Part shown: positions 19,879 through 28,561 of the stretch, one piece after another | How positions within the stretch are numbered: the first letter of the stretch is position 1 | Layout of the letters: the number at the start of each line of letters is the position of its first letter | IMG/VR virus record: IMGVR_UViG_3300005265_000018 | Source of the DNA: an uncultured virus (IMG/VR IMGVR_UViG_3300005265_000018) | Lineage: Duplodnaviria > Heunggongvirae > Uroviricota > Caudoviricetes | Direction: 5' to 3' (one strand) | DNA: 33,705 nt | Translations under genes and position numbers: made by a program | Notes under the pieces: generated by a model | Database searches by the model: none | The model's input: only the letters and a program-made list of their open reading frames with translations | Told to the model about the DNA's origin: nothing

Positions 19879-20937
19879 TTATTTACTAATTAATTCAAAC
19901 CCTCTTTGTAATTTGTTTATATCCACCTTCTTTTCCTTGGCATAAATTTCCAGTAATTGTTCAATTGAATATTCCAAAATGCTTTCCCCCTCGCTATAAT
20001 GCAGTTTTTTCCTTTCGTGGGGCACTTGTTCTATGAATAAATAAGCTCCCTTATCACTAAATAAATCTTTTAATACTTCCTTTAAACTAATAATATCGGC
20101 TGTGGATAACTTTTTAGTAATCACTACTTTAACTATGCTGTTTTTTGGTAATTTTTTCAAATCCTCTTCGGTTGGATCTTCAAGTTTGTGGATTTCTCTG
20201 CATGGGAGCTTAATTGGCGTGGAGGTAAGTTGCTTTGATATAATATGAACAAATTTTTCTATCTCTCCCACTTCATGCGTAAAAATACTGCCAGCAATTA
20301 AAGTTTGTCCAGTTTTAGACATCTGACATTTATGTATATGCCCCCCAATAATAAGATTATATTTTTTTTCCAATTCTTTTTGGGGTAAAACAATTTCTCT
20401 AAATAAATTAGTATTAATCACAGAATTGGTCATAATATCAGAAATAGTATGATGAACCACCAATATTTCTCCCCCCTTCAACTGAGACATAATTTTTTTT
20501 GTACCCTCCTCCTCGGTTTCTACACCCAATTCAGCTTTAGTAAAATAAGGCACAAAAGTAATATTATTAATAGTTTCAATTTTATTAGTTACAACATGCC
20601 AAGATTTATTTTTTATTTCTTTTAAAAAATCCAAAGAAGTACGTCCATCTGCCATTTTTTCATGATTGCCAGCCACAATATAAATTGGTTGTTTAAAACG
20701 TTCAAGGAAATTAACAAATTCTTTAATTGTCTCACTGTCTGGATTTTTAATATCAAAAATATCACCGAGAAAAATAATCTTATCACAACTCCATAAAGAC
20801 TTTACAATCGTGTCCAAAATTTTTTGTTTTTCTGGTATACGATTATCCTTTACATAATCCGAATACGGCAACGATTGGCGATTGTGCATATCCCCTATAA
20901 TACCTAATGAACTTTTATTATTTACTATATTTGTCAT
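19879..20937 (-). CDS. sbcD: SbcD/Mre11-like metallophosphoesterase nuclease (T4 gp47-like)
   Basis: IIGDMH, FLGDIFD, AGNHE, VVHH, GGHIH, AGS; sbcC partner is downstream. Confidence 0.92.
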   Translation of the reverse strand: MTNIVNNKSSLGIIGDMHNRQSLPYSDYVKDNRIPEKQKILDTIVKSLWSCDKIIFLGDIFDIKNPDSETIKEFVNFLERFKQPIYIVAGNHEKMADGRTSLDFLKEIKNKSWHVVTNKIETINNITFVPYFTKAELGVETEEEGTKKIMSQLKGGEILVVHHTISDIMTNSVINTNLFREIVLPQKELEKKYNLIIGGHIHKCQMSKTGQTLIAGSIFTHEVGEIEKFVHIISKQLTSTPIKLPCREIHKLEDPTEEDLKKLPKNSIVKVVITKKLSTADIISLKEVLKDLFSDKGAYLFIEQVPHERKKLHYSEGESILEYSIEQLLEIYAKEKKVDINKLQRGFELISK

Positions 20938-21095
20938 AAAAATTTTTCTAAATTTGCAATAATTTCTTCTAGTGAATTACCGAATAACTCTACAAATTTT
21001 TTATCTTGATATTTAGCCGTACTCTCGTTGGGATAAATTTTTCCATTATATTTATTAAAATATTTTCTAAATTGAATTGGTATTTTTTCAATCAT
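20934..21095 (-). CDS. Small hypothetical protein (53 aa)
   Basis: MIEKIPIQFRKYFNKYNGKIYP...LEEIIANLEKFL*; ATGA overlap with the sbcD start. Confidence 0.6.
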   Translation of the reverse strand: MIEKIPIQFRKYFNKYNGKIYPNESTAKYQDKKFVELFGNSLEEIIANLEKFL

Positions 21096-21108
21096 AAAAA
21101 TCCATAAA

Positions 21109-21210
21109 ACCAGGGAAAGGATAGAAAAATTTTCATGTTTATCACCAGACCTTAATTCACCATTGGTATGAATATTGATTTAAAGAAAATATTTCTACCT
21201 GTTCCCCAGT
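21109..21210 (-). ncRNA. Long intergenic stem-loop (candidate structured RNA / attenuator)
   Basis: ACUGGGGAACAGGUAGAAAUAUUUUC pairs with GAAAAUUUUUCUAUCCUUUCCCUGGU (~24 bp including G-U pairs) around a 50-nt inner region, ending in a U4 run. Confidence 0.55.
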
Positions 21211-21218
21211 AATTATTT

Positions 21219-21890
21219 CTATAAATTTTGTAATTTTTCAATAATACCAGGATAATTTGTGGCTATAAATGCCAATTGAGTTTTTTCCATTACTGTTTTC
21301 ATAATGTCAGCATCATTACTCACTCCCAATTTTTCTTTGGCTAACTGTTCAATTAATGCCTTCTGTTCATCTACTGTTCCTGGAATATCTCCTGTTGTTC
21401 CTAAAGTTGGTTGTGCATCTTCCGCTTTATCCTTGAAGGGAATTTCATCCACCTTAATTTCGCCATCACCAGAATTAACTTGCGGCTGTATTCCCTGTTC
21501 TCGCTGTTCATCCTTTTCATCTCTTCCCATTGCTATCTCTTCTTGCTCAGCAATCCATTCTTCGTCTACAACATTTTTATTCGCCCTAACCTTAATAATT
21601 TTTAAAGGATTTGCCTTAAAACGGGAGGGTTTTGTGGCAACCAATTCCATTTCTACGATTTGTCCATAACGAACAAATTTCATAGCCTGGTTAATAATCG
21701 GTTTATCCCAGACAACATAAACGCCATCATCGGTTTTGATTTCATATAAAGAAATCACTTGATTTGGTTTTTTGGGATCTGGGATTTGTCTCTTGCCAAC
21801 ATAGGTACCATAAATTTTGTCTCCAATATTTGTGAAATTAAAAGTTTCACCCTTTATTTCATCATCCTCTGTAAATTTGTATTTAGCCAT
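21219..21890 (-). CDS. Putative single-stranded DNA-binding protein (OB fold with acidic linker)
   Basis: F...GDKIYGTYVG...LYEIKT...VWDK...L..VRYGQIVEM OB-like N-terminus; acidic segment with DEIPF; recombination-gene context. Confidence 0.6.
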   Translation of the reverse strand: MAKYKFTEDDEIKGETFNFTNIGDKIYGTYVGKRQIPDPKKPNQVISLYEIKTDDGVYVVWDKPIINQAMKFVRYGQIVEMELVATKPSRFKANPLKIIKVRANKNVVDEEWIAEQEEIAMGRDEKDEQREQGIQPQVNSGDGEIKVDEIPFKDKAEDAQPTLGTTGDIPGTVDEQKALIEQLAKEKLGVSNDADIMKTVMEKTQLAFIATNYPGIIEKLQNL

Positions 21891-21925
21891 ATTTTTTGAT
21901 TTAGTGAATTAGTATATAAAATTAA

Positions 21926-22033
21926 TTAACAAATAAAATAATCATGTAAACACCATCCAAGTAAAACACCCAAAAAAACCAATACAAACATAACAAATAT
22001 CAATAAAATTAAACTTTTTGTTAATTCCCACAT
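21926..22033 (-). CDS. Small membrane peptide (35 aa)
   Basis: MWELTKSLILLIFVMFVLVFLGVLLGWCLHDYFIC*. Confidence 0.5.
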   Translation of the reverse strand: MWELTKSLILLIFVMFVLVFLGVLLGWCLHDYFIC

Positions 22034-22452
22034 ATTTCATGCTTAGCTTCACCAAAACTTTTTATTCCACCATACATTTTTCCACTTAACATTTTGGCAA
22101 AAAATATTAAATAATCATTTTGTTTGTTTCTGTCTTTAATATTATTTTTGACCCACCTATACTGATTGCGATATGCCTCTAGCTCCTGCTCATATCTAAA
22201 TTGTTCATCTTTAAAATATTTTTTCCACCATTTCCTCCATCCCATTTTCGTCTGTTGTATAATATGCGTTATTTCATGAATATATAAATCATCACTTAAT
22301 TTCCCTTTAGTATAAATAGTGTCATTAACAGTAAATACAGTACCCATTTTAAAATCTACATTATCTTTTCCGAATTGTTTCTGGGCTTGTTTGTAAATTT
22401 TTTGGGGTGGTGGGGTGTATTTTATTTTGGGGGTAGGTATATTAGTCATCAT
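22021..22452 (-). CDS. Zincin-like metalloprotease (HExxH)
   Basis: LYIHEITHIIQQ...QELEAY (HExxH plus a downstream Glu ligand). Confidence 0.75.
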   Translation of the reverse strand: MMTNIPTPKIKYTPPPQKIYKQAQKQFGKDNVDFKMGTVFTVNDTIYTKGKLSDDLYIHEITHIIQQTKMGWRKWWKKYFKDEQFRYEQELEAYRNQYRWVKNNIKDRNKQNDYLIFFAKMLSGKMYGGIKSFGEAKHEICGN

Positions 22453-22464
22453 CCCTTTTTAATT

Positions 22465-22776
22465 TTATAAATTTGTTGTCCACATTTTATATCGTTTTTC
22501 AGACAAAGTTGTTTCAGATGAAGGTGTTTCAGATGAAGTTGTTTCAGATGAAGGTGTTTCAGATGAAGTTGTTTTAGACGAAGGTGTTTCAGATGAAGTT
22601 GTTTTTGATTTCTTTAATTCTATAAATTTGTTATCTACGATTTTAGTGAAGTTAATACCGAATGCTTTTTGAAGCTGCACGCCAATCTCGCTACAATGAA
22701 CATTATCAATGATTTCTTGTATTGCGTCTAACAAATTTATCCCAATTTCAATTTTGATTGTTATATCTTTTGACAT
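22465..22776 (-). CDS. Hypothetical protein with a Ser/Thr-rich repeat tail
   Basis: 103 aa; (S[KE]T[TP]S)x7. Confidence 0.6.
   Translation of the reverse strand: MSKDITIKIEIGINLLDAIQEIIDNVHCSEIGVQLQKAFGINFTKIVDNKFIELKKSKTTSSETPSSKTTSSETPSSETTSSETPSSETTLSEKRYKMWTTNL
22498..22608 (-). repeat. 15-bp coding tandem repeat, ~7.4 copies, alternating to give a 30-bp period
   Basis: TCTGAAACAACTTCA and TCTGAAACACCTTCA units alternate. Confidence 0.9.
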
Positions 22777-24461
22777 ACTTCTTTTTTAATTTTATATAAC
22801 ACATCGTTAACCAAACTATTGCCAGCACCCACCTTATCATCATCCCCCATTAAATAATTAATTAAAGTTTGCTTTTCCCGTAAGGTTTCTCGCATTTTTT
22901 CATCAATGGTATTCTTGGCGATAAGTTGATAAATGGTTATATTGTTGCCAGTAGAGCCAATACGATGACATCTATTCTCACACTGTTTCATAACTCCTGG
23001 CACCCAATCATACGAAAGAAATAATATTGTATTACTAGCGGTTAAATTTATCCCTATGCCCGTACTCATTAAACCACCTAAAAATATTCTAGTTCTTTTA
23101 TTGTTCTGAAATTTATGCACTGCCTCTTTTCTTTCGTTGTCACCACTTTCCCCCGTAATTATTACCGCTCCCTTTTTGAACTTGTTATATAATTCATGTA
23201 ATGGGGTACGATAATTACAGAATACTACTACCTTATTTTCGTTTTCCAAAATATTGTTAATAATTTCTTCCGCCGCTTTAACTTTTCCCTCGCAAGCAAT
23301 TTGCCTCAACTCATTTAATTTAACCAGTTTTTCCGCCTGAAGTGTCCGTTTAATTTCTTTATTAGTCTTTTCCTTGACCGAGATAAGATATTTTTTAAAA
23401 TTATCATAAGCCAAATTATAGATACGTTGGAATTGACTATCTAATTCAATGGAAATATCTATATATCGCTTAGGGGGTAGGTCGGGGAGAATATCATCTT
23501 TTTTAAAACGAATATAATAGGGGTCAATCAGTTGTTTTAATTCTTCGGCATTGGTGGATCGGGAAAAATCTGGTCCCCAAGGAGCTTGCCAAAACCCACA
23601 AAAACGTTTTATATAGGAATGCCAACTGCCCCACTGTTGTGAATCAATAATATTTAAGGGCACAAATGCCTCACTATGCCTACTTAAAATCCAAGTACCA
23701 CTTAATAATAATACATTTTTAATCTTTTTAGTAATTTTCCTAGTCATCTTTGAACGCCTAGAGTAAAGGGATTTAGCATAATGAATTTCATCACAAATAC
23801 AAATGTCAAAAAAATGGTCATCAATCCAATCAACAAATTTATAGAGAATATCATAGTTAATTATAAAAATATCATGGTTGATGTATATATTTTCTGTTGG
23901 TTGAGTTTTACCATAAAAAGTAAAGGCTTTATAGTCTGTCCATTTTTCCACCTCCTCATTCCAATTCCATTTAATCGAAGCGGGACAAACAACCAATATT
24001 TTTTTCTTTTTAGTAAGAACACTATATGCTAGGGAAACAAGGGTTTTACCAGATCCCATTGGTAGGGATAGAATTGCTCGTCCACCTGTTTTAATAAAAA
24101 ACTCTATACACACTTTTTGAAAATTATACAATTCACCTTTTATTCCATTGATTTGTAAATCGGAAGTTTTTTTATTTTTAATTGCAATAATTTCTTCCCT
24201 ATTTTTTTTTTCATTATCTTTCATTTTTTCGTAAGATGCCATTTCTAACATTAAATCATCATCTACCACTGTATAAGGATAAACATTAATAATTTTATTT
24301 ACAATAGAGGGATTATTAAAACGCCACGCCTTTAAATAAAAATTAAATTCCCTCCCTCCCAATTCATTTTTTAATTTGCGACAAAAGTCAAGTGTCTTGT
24401 AATTAAAATCATATTCAAATTTATAACGAAAATATTTGGTAATTTCTTTACTTATTTTCAT
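22761..24461 (-). CDS. SNF2-family helicase/translocase (SMARCAL1/HARP-like)
   Basis: LYNFQK, MGSGKT, LVVCPAS..WNW, ICDEIH, LLSGT, KVVVF, GIGINLT, QCENRCHRIG. Confidence 0.92.
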   Translation of the reverse strand: MKISKEITKYFRYKFEYDFNYKTLDFCRKLKNELGGREFNFYLKAWRFNNPSIVNKIINVYPYTVVDDDLMLEMASYEKMKDNEKKNREEIIAIKNKKTSDLQINGIKGELYNFQKVCIEFFIKTGGRAILSLPMGSGKTLVSLAYSVLTKKKKILVVCPASIKWNWNEEVEKWTDYKAFTFYGKTQPTENIYINHDIFIINYDILYKFVDWIDDHFFDICICDEIHYAKSLYSRRSKMTRKITKKIKNVLLLSGTWILSRHSEAFVPLNIIDSQQWGSWHSYIKRFCGFWQAPWGPDFSRSTNAEELKQLIDPYYIRFKKDDILPDLPPKRYIDISIELDSQFQRIYNLAYDNFKKYLISVKEKTNKEIKRTLQAEKLVKLNELRQIACEGKVKAAEEIINNILENENKVVVFCNYRTPLHELYNKFKKGAVIITGESGDNERKEAVHKFQNNKRTRIFLGGLMSTGIGINLTASNTILFLSYDWVPGVMKQCENRCHRIGSTGNNITIYQLIAKNTIDEKMRETLREKQTLINYLMGDDDKVGAGNSLVNDVLYKIKKEVCQKI

Positions 24462-24684
24462 GGTCTAAAATCCTTTTTATATCATTTAAGGGGCGATTCT
24501 TTTTTCTTAATTTAAAGATTGTTTTTAATTTTTTTTCAGTATCATTTGTATTAAATAAATACATCCTACCAACTAAATGGATAGGTTTAATTAACCCCAT
24601 ATTAGTGTAATATGTTAAACGGCTTTTTCTGACTTTAAATTTAGAAGCCAATTCACCGAGAGATGTCATTTCTTTTTTGTCCAT
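24448..24684 (-). CDS. MerR-like HTH DNA-binding protein
   Basis: SLGELASKFKVRKSRLTYYTNMGLIKP...GRMYLF...L..I..LR...L.DI. Confidence 0.75.
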   Translation of the reverse strand: MDKKEMTSLGELASKFKVRKSRLTYYTNMGLIKPIHLVGRMYLFNTNDTEKKLKTIFKLRKKNRPLNDIKRILDHENK

Positions 24685-24735
24685 ATTATTTAATAATTTT
24701 TATTAAAATTATTTTTATATTTTTCTTTTTATTTT

Positions 24736-25599
24736 TTATTTAATATTCCACTTCTTTTTAAATTTCTCCCGATTAGCATTTGTATAAATTTTTCTATTTT
24801 CAAGTTTACTCATAGTTAAATTACCCAAATGATAAACCCTCGTATTATGAGTTCGGTAGGTTTCATAGCCCATTTGTCTTATTCGTCGCCATAAATCACG
24901 ATCCTCTTGAAATCCGCCCAAAAACTGTTCATCAAAATAATATCCATCTTTCTGTTTTAATTCATCCATTAAACTTTTTTTTATCATCCAAAGACTACCA
25001 AATTCTGCTTGTCCTGCAAATTGTCCTTTATTTTTTGATAAGTCTGGGGTTTTCAATTTTAATTCTTCTCTTGCGTCTTTATGTGTTTTTTCTAAAGCGG
25101 GCATTAATACTCCACAAGGTGGATGCAAATTTTCTTCGCAATAAACAAAATCTTCTAACATGGTTTCCAACCAGCCTTCCCATACCAGAATGTCATTGTT
25201 AAGGCATACGATAAATTCACCACGAGCCAAAGCAAATCCTTGATTACAGGCAGGACCGAAACCTAAATTAATTTTGTTGCGGATTGTAATATCTGCTGCA
25301 TGCCAATAATTTTCTGGGGTAAAATATTTGAAATCTTTATCCAACTTAGAAATATCAATGCTCGTATCATATTCATCCTTAAAATGATCTTGTAAATCAG
25401 ATGAAGATAAAGTACTGCCATTATCTATAATAATTAATTCAAATAATTCCGTTGGCGTTACCTCCAATAAGCGATGCAAACACTCACCAGCAAACCAAAA
25501 AGTTTCGTGTTTCCCATACCTACCATGCTGAGTTGGCGTAAACCAGGAGGGTATAACAATACTAACCTTTGGGCGAATTCGTTTAAATTTATTTTCCAT
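24736..25599 (-). CDS. Glycosyltransferase family 2
   Basis: PKVSIVIP, ELIIIDNGS, NLGFGPACNQG...ARGEFIVCLNND, FDEQF..GFQEDRDL..R...GY, VYH. Confidence 0.92.
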   Translation of the reverse strand: MENKFKRIRPKVSIVIPSWFTPTQHGRYGKHETFWFAGECLHRLLEVTPTELFELIIIDNGSTLSSSDLQDHFKDEYDTSIDISKLDKDFKYFTPENYWHAADITIRNKINLGFGPACNQGFALARGEFIVCLNNDILVWEGWLETMLEDFVYCEENLHPPCGVLMPALEKTHKDAREELKLKTPDLSKNKGQFAGQAEFGSLWMIKKSLMDELKQKDGYYFDEQFLGGFQEDRDLWRRIRQMGYETYRTHNTRVYHLGNLTMSKLENRKIYTNANREKFKKKWNIK

Positions 25600-25600
25600 A

Positions 25601-25786
25601 TTAATTATTCTTATTTTTATTATCTAAAAATATTGTAAAAACAATTAATGCACTAATCATAGCTATTGTTATAACTAAATCTCCCTCATTATATACCCGA
25701 TTTATAGGACTAAAAAACAAACAAACCAACATGTAGATAAGTCCCACGAAAAATCCTATTGCAAAAATTAAAAATTTTAACTGCAT
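25601..25786 (-). CDS. Small membrane protein (2 TM), probably leaderless
   Basis: ATG 25786 (MQLKFLIFAIGFF...) lies 6 nt after the predicted -10 box; two hydrophobic helices. Confidence 0.6.
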   Translation of the reverse strand: MQLKFLIFAIGFFVGLIYMLVCLFFSPINRVYNEGDLVITIAMISALIVFTIFLDNKNKNN

Positions 25787-25792
25787 ATAATT

Positions 25793-25850
25793 AGCGTAAT
25801 ACAATTTTTTTTACTTGTCAAGTGGATAACCATATTCTACTTGTGGATAA
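25793..25850 (-). promoter_or_regulatory. Leftward sigma70-type promoter with two DnaA-box-like sites
   Basis: TTGACA (25821-25816)-N17-TACGCT (25798-25793). TTATCCACT (25829-25821) overlaps the -35; perfect TTATCCACA at 25850-25842. Confidence 0.7.
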
Positions 25851-25877
25851 ATAGGGCTTTTAATGTTTTTAAATTTA

Positions 25878-25886
25878 TGTTATAAT
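25878..25886 (+). promoter_or_regulatory. Rightward extended -10 promoter (TGT-TATAAT)
   Basis: Perfect TGn-TATAAT in the divergent intergenic region, 30 nt before ATG 25917. Confidence 0.6.
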
Positions 25887-25916
25887 AAAAATAACCCCCA
25901 TTTAATAAATAAAAAA

Positions 25917-26216
25917 ATGCAAAATGAAAAACCTAAAATGTTTGTCTCTAAAGACATTACATTGGTTGCCACTTTAATAACATTGGAATTTCGGGTAGAA
26001 AGTACCGATTTCCAATATGAAGGTGATAAACCACGACCTGTTGGTTATTTTACCTTCAAAGAAACACCGCAATTACTTAAAGCCAAAGATGATTTTTGGC
26101 AAAAACGATTGTCGGTGGAGCCAATATCATTTATGACCACTATCAGGAGTATTAAGGCTCAATTAGCTAGTGTGTATAAAGCACCTTATTATCACGATTT
26201 TGATAAAAAGGAATAA
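25917..26216 (+). CDS. DUF5659-like small protein
   Basis: FVSKDITLVATLITLEF...F.F...L......F....L.VEP..F....RSIK matches my recollection of DUF5659; needs an HMM check. Confidence 0.55.
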   Translation: MQNEKPKMFVSKDITLVATLITLEFRVESTDFQYEGDKPRPVGYFTFKETPQLLKAKDDFWQKRLSVEPISFMTTIRSIKAQLASVYKAPYYHDFDKKE

Positions 26217-26236
26217 GGGAATAAATAATAAACAGT

Positions 26237-26266
26237 TTGACAAAAACTAGTTAATTTTAGTATTAT
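26237..26266 (+). promoter_or_regulatory. Sigma70-type promoter of the replication operon
   Basis: TTGACA (26237-26242)-N18-TATTAT (26261-26266). Confidence 0.65.
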
Positions 26267-26270
26267 TTTT

Positions 26271-26397
26271 ATGAAAAACCCCATTGGTCAAATGAAAAAT
26301 ATTAAATTGAAAAACTACTTAGTTCTATGCTTATTTTGGCGGTTTTTCCTGGCCAAAGGGGTTCTCCGTTAAAGGGCATGGAACTAAGTGGTTTTTT
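26271..26397 (+). ncRNA. Structured 5' leader of the replication initiator (long hairpin, loop/5'-end pairing, overlapping 33-aa uORF)
   Basis: 26310-26342 pairs with 26366-26396 (31 bp, 6 G-U). Loop 26343-26363 is complementary to 26277-26299. The hairpin ends in U6. Confidence 0.65.
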
Positions 26398-26422
26398 AAT
26401 TAATAAAAATATATGTCCACTT

Positions 26423-27346
26423 ATGGCAAAACGAAGATTAATAAATACAAAATTTTGGAGTGATAGTTTTATTGTAAAACTTCAACCTTTTGAAAAATAT
26501 TTATTTTTATATCTTTTAACCAATGAACATACAGAAATATGTGGTATTTATGAACTTTCTGTTGAGGTCATGAGCAGGGAAACTGGACTTGAAATTGAAA
26601 CCATTACAAACCTTTTAAAAGGGTTTAAGGACAAAATATATTACATAGATAACTGGGTCTATATTAAAAATTTTACAAAAAATCAATGTTCTAATAAAAA
26701 TATGAAAAGAGGAGCTGAAAGAAGTTTGCAAGAAATACCATCTAATATTTTGGCTAAAATTAAAGAAATAAATAAATCATTTAAAACCCTTTCAAACCCT
26801 TTTAAACCATTCGATAAACCTAAACCTAAACCTAAACCTAAACCTAAACCTTTTTTTCATTCCAGCGAGCTGGGGGCAAAAAAATTATTAAAAGAAAAAA
26901 GCCAAACAAACCAAACAATGGAAAAGAAAAAAAATGATACGGAAAAGGAAAAAATAAAAATAAAAAAAACAAAAGAAGATTCTGTGAAAAAATCTACAGG
27001 AATGAAAGATGATAATTTTTTTCCCGACCTGATGGCAGATGAAAAGGTTCATATTCGTCGGATTGGTTTATTTCAACAATTTAAGGGGGTAATATTTGAG
27101 AACAAAGAGCAATATAATTCATTTATCAAGCGTAATGTTCGGGCATCTCGTTTATTGGACGGATATAGCGATGAAAGGGTTATTGAGGTAATGGCTTGGT
27201 TGAATAAAAATGCTAATTTTAAGTGGACATTATGGACGGTGGGAAAATACATTGATATTAAAGATTTAAGTAGGCTTAAAAATTTTAAAGAAGATGAATC
27301 TCGTGAAGTGATTGGTACAGATTTTTCTTCTGGTAAAAAAATATGA
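26423..27346 (+). CDS. Phage replication initiator (replisome-organiser-like)
   Basis: MAKRRLINTKFWSD...EKYLFLYLLTNEH...GIY...SRETG N-terminal wHTH; central iteron-containing linker; upstream of helicase and primase. Confidence 0.8.
   Translation: MAKRRLINTKFWSDSFIVKLQPFEKYLFLYLLTNEHTEICGIYELSVEVMSRETGLEIETITNLLKGFKDKIYYIDNWVYIKNFTKNQCSNKNMKRGAERSLQEIPSNILAKIKEINKSFKTLSNPFKPFDKPKPKPKPKPKPFFHSSELGAKKLLKEKSQTNQTMEKKKNDTEKEKIKIKKTKEDSVKKSTGMKDDNFFPDLMADEKVHIRRIGLFQQFKGVIFENKEQYNSFIKRNVRASRLLDGYSDERVIEVMAWLNKNANFKWTLWTVGKYIDIKDLSRLKNFKEDESREVIGTDFSSGKKI
26774..26851 (+). repeat. Iteron-like array / probable replication origin inside the initiator gene
   Basis: Four 10-bp-period units (AAATCATTTA, AAACCCTTTC, AAACCCTTTT, AAACCATTCG), then (TAAACC)x6 and an A-rich tract. 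Confidence 0.7.
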
Positions 27347-27684
27347 AAGAAATCATTTATTCGGCTAATGGGGATAATGAAAAATTTTTATTAACAGACA
27401 AAGAATTTAGCGAAGCAAGGAGTGCGTGGAATACTAAAAAAAATTATTTTTGCCCTCGAATAGAAGCCAGTTTATCCCCATATTACTTATTTGCCAGGAC
27501 ACCAAAGTCGCAAGTTGGTTACGAAGTATTCGTTATGGGGGGAGAGGTATTAATATTTAAAAAATTAGATAAATATTTTAGGGGATATGAAAACACAAAA
27601 GTACTTATTAATTTAACCCCCGAACAGACAAAAAAATTAATTCCGATTGATGAGTTTTATCAATCCAAAAAAAATTATGGATAA
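27343..27684 (+). CDS. Hypothetical protein
   Basis: 113 aa; ATGA-coupled to the initiator and overlapping the helicase start. Confidence 0.7.
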   Translation: MKEIIYSANGDNEKFLLTDKEFSEARSAWNTKKNYFCPRIEASLSPYYLFARTPKSQVGYEVFVMGGEVLIFKKLDKYFRGYENTKVLINLTPEQTKKLIPIDEFYQSKKNYG

Positions 27685-28561
27685 AGACGCATTACAATCT
27701 TTTATGGATGCAAAATATGATGATCAGGTGGTACCGATTATTGATGCCACTGAACTGCGAGGCGAATATAGTAAACCATATTCCATTGGTTATCCCATTT
27801 TCGATGAAGCAATGTTGGGTGGAGTTCGTGAGGGAAATTTCGTTACGATTACGGGTATTGCGTCAGAGGGAAAAACTTCTTATGGGCAAAACATAACCGT
27901 TAATTTATCAAAACAAAATTTGTCTTGTTTGTGGTTTTCTTACGAAATGCCAATTAATGATATTTATGCCAGATTTAAAAGTATGGGGGTGGTAAAAAAT
28001 TTATTGATTTATACTCCAAAACAAATGACTACGGGCAATATGGAATGGATACAGGAAAAAATTTTAGAGGGTATGGAGAAATATAAAACTAAATTTATTT
28101 TTATAGACCACCTGGACTTTATTACGCCCAAAAAACAGCGAACAGTTGAAGGGGAACGATTAGTGATTAAAGACATTTGTGTTGAACTCAAGGAAATGGC
28201 CATTAAATTAAAACTTATTATTTTTTTAATGGTGCATGTCAAAAAGGTGCAGGGAAGGGCATTGGAGATGCAAGATATGGCCGAGTCTGGTGCGACTTAT
28301 AAATTGGCAGATTTTGTTTTTGCGGTTGGTAGACAAAATTGGTCTACCACTGAAAATTTAATGAAAGTAATCAAGTATGGCGATTTGGGAAATGTTAGAT
28401 TATTAAAAAATCGGATTGCTTCACCCAAGCCAATTATGTGGTTTGAAATGAAAAATAATATTATTTCCCCACTTGGCGAAAGAGAAGAGCTGGAAGAAGA
28501 AATTGAGGTAATTGATGATAATGACAAAAAACGGTCGCCATTGTTCATAGAAAGGGCATGA
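27677..28561 (+). CDS. DnaB-like (SF4) replicative helicase, C-terminal ATPase domain only
   Basis: SIGYPIFDEAMLGG, Walker A GIASEGKT, FSYEM, IFIDHL, LKEMA, DMAESG...ADFV, KNR. Confidence 0.88.
   Translation: MDKDALQSFMDAKYDDQVVPIIDATELRGEYSKPYSIGYPIFDEAMLGGVREGNFVTITGIASEGKTSYGQNITVNLSKQNLSCLWFSYEMPINDIYARFKSMGVVKNLLIYTPKQMTTGNMEWIQEKILEGMEKYKTKFIFIDHLDFITPKKQRTVEGERLVIKDICVELKEMAIKLKLIIFLMVHVKKVQGRALEMQDMAESGATYKLADFVFAVGRQNWSTTENLMKVIKYGDLGNVRLLKNRIASPKPIMWFEMKNNIISPLGEREELEEEIEVIDDNDKKRSPLFIERA

Noticed and set aside
26327..26422. N-terminal extension of the initiator from ATG 26327
   Set aside because: Lies inside the leader hairpin; the family-like sequence begins at MAKRR (26423). 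Upstream extensions at 17371, 25804, 25863 and 27647 were trimmed on similar grounds.
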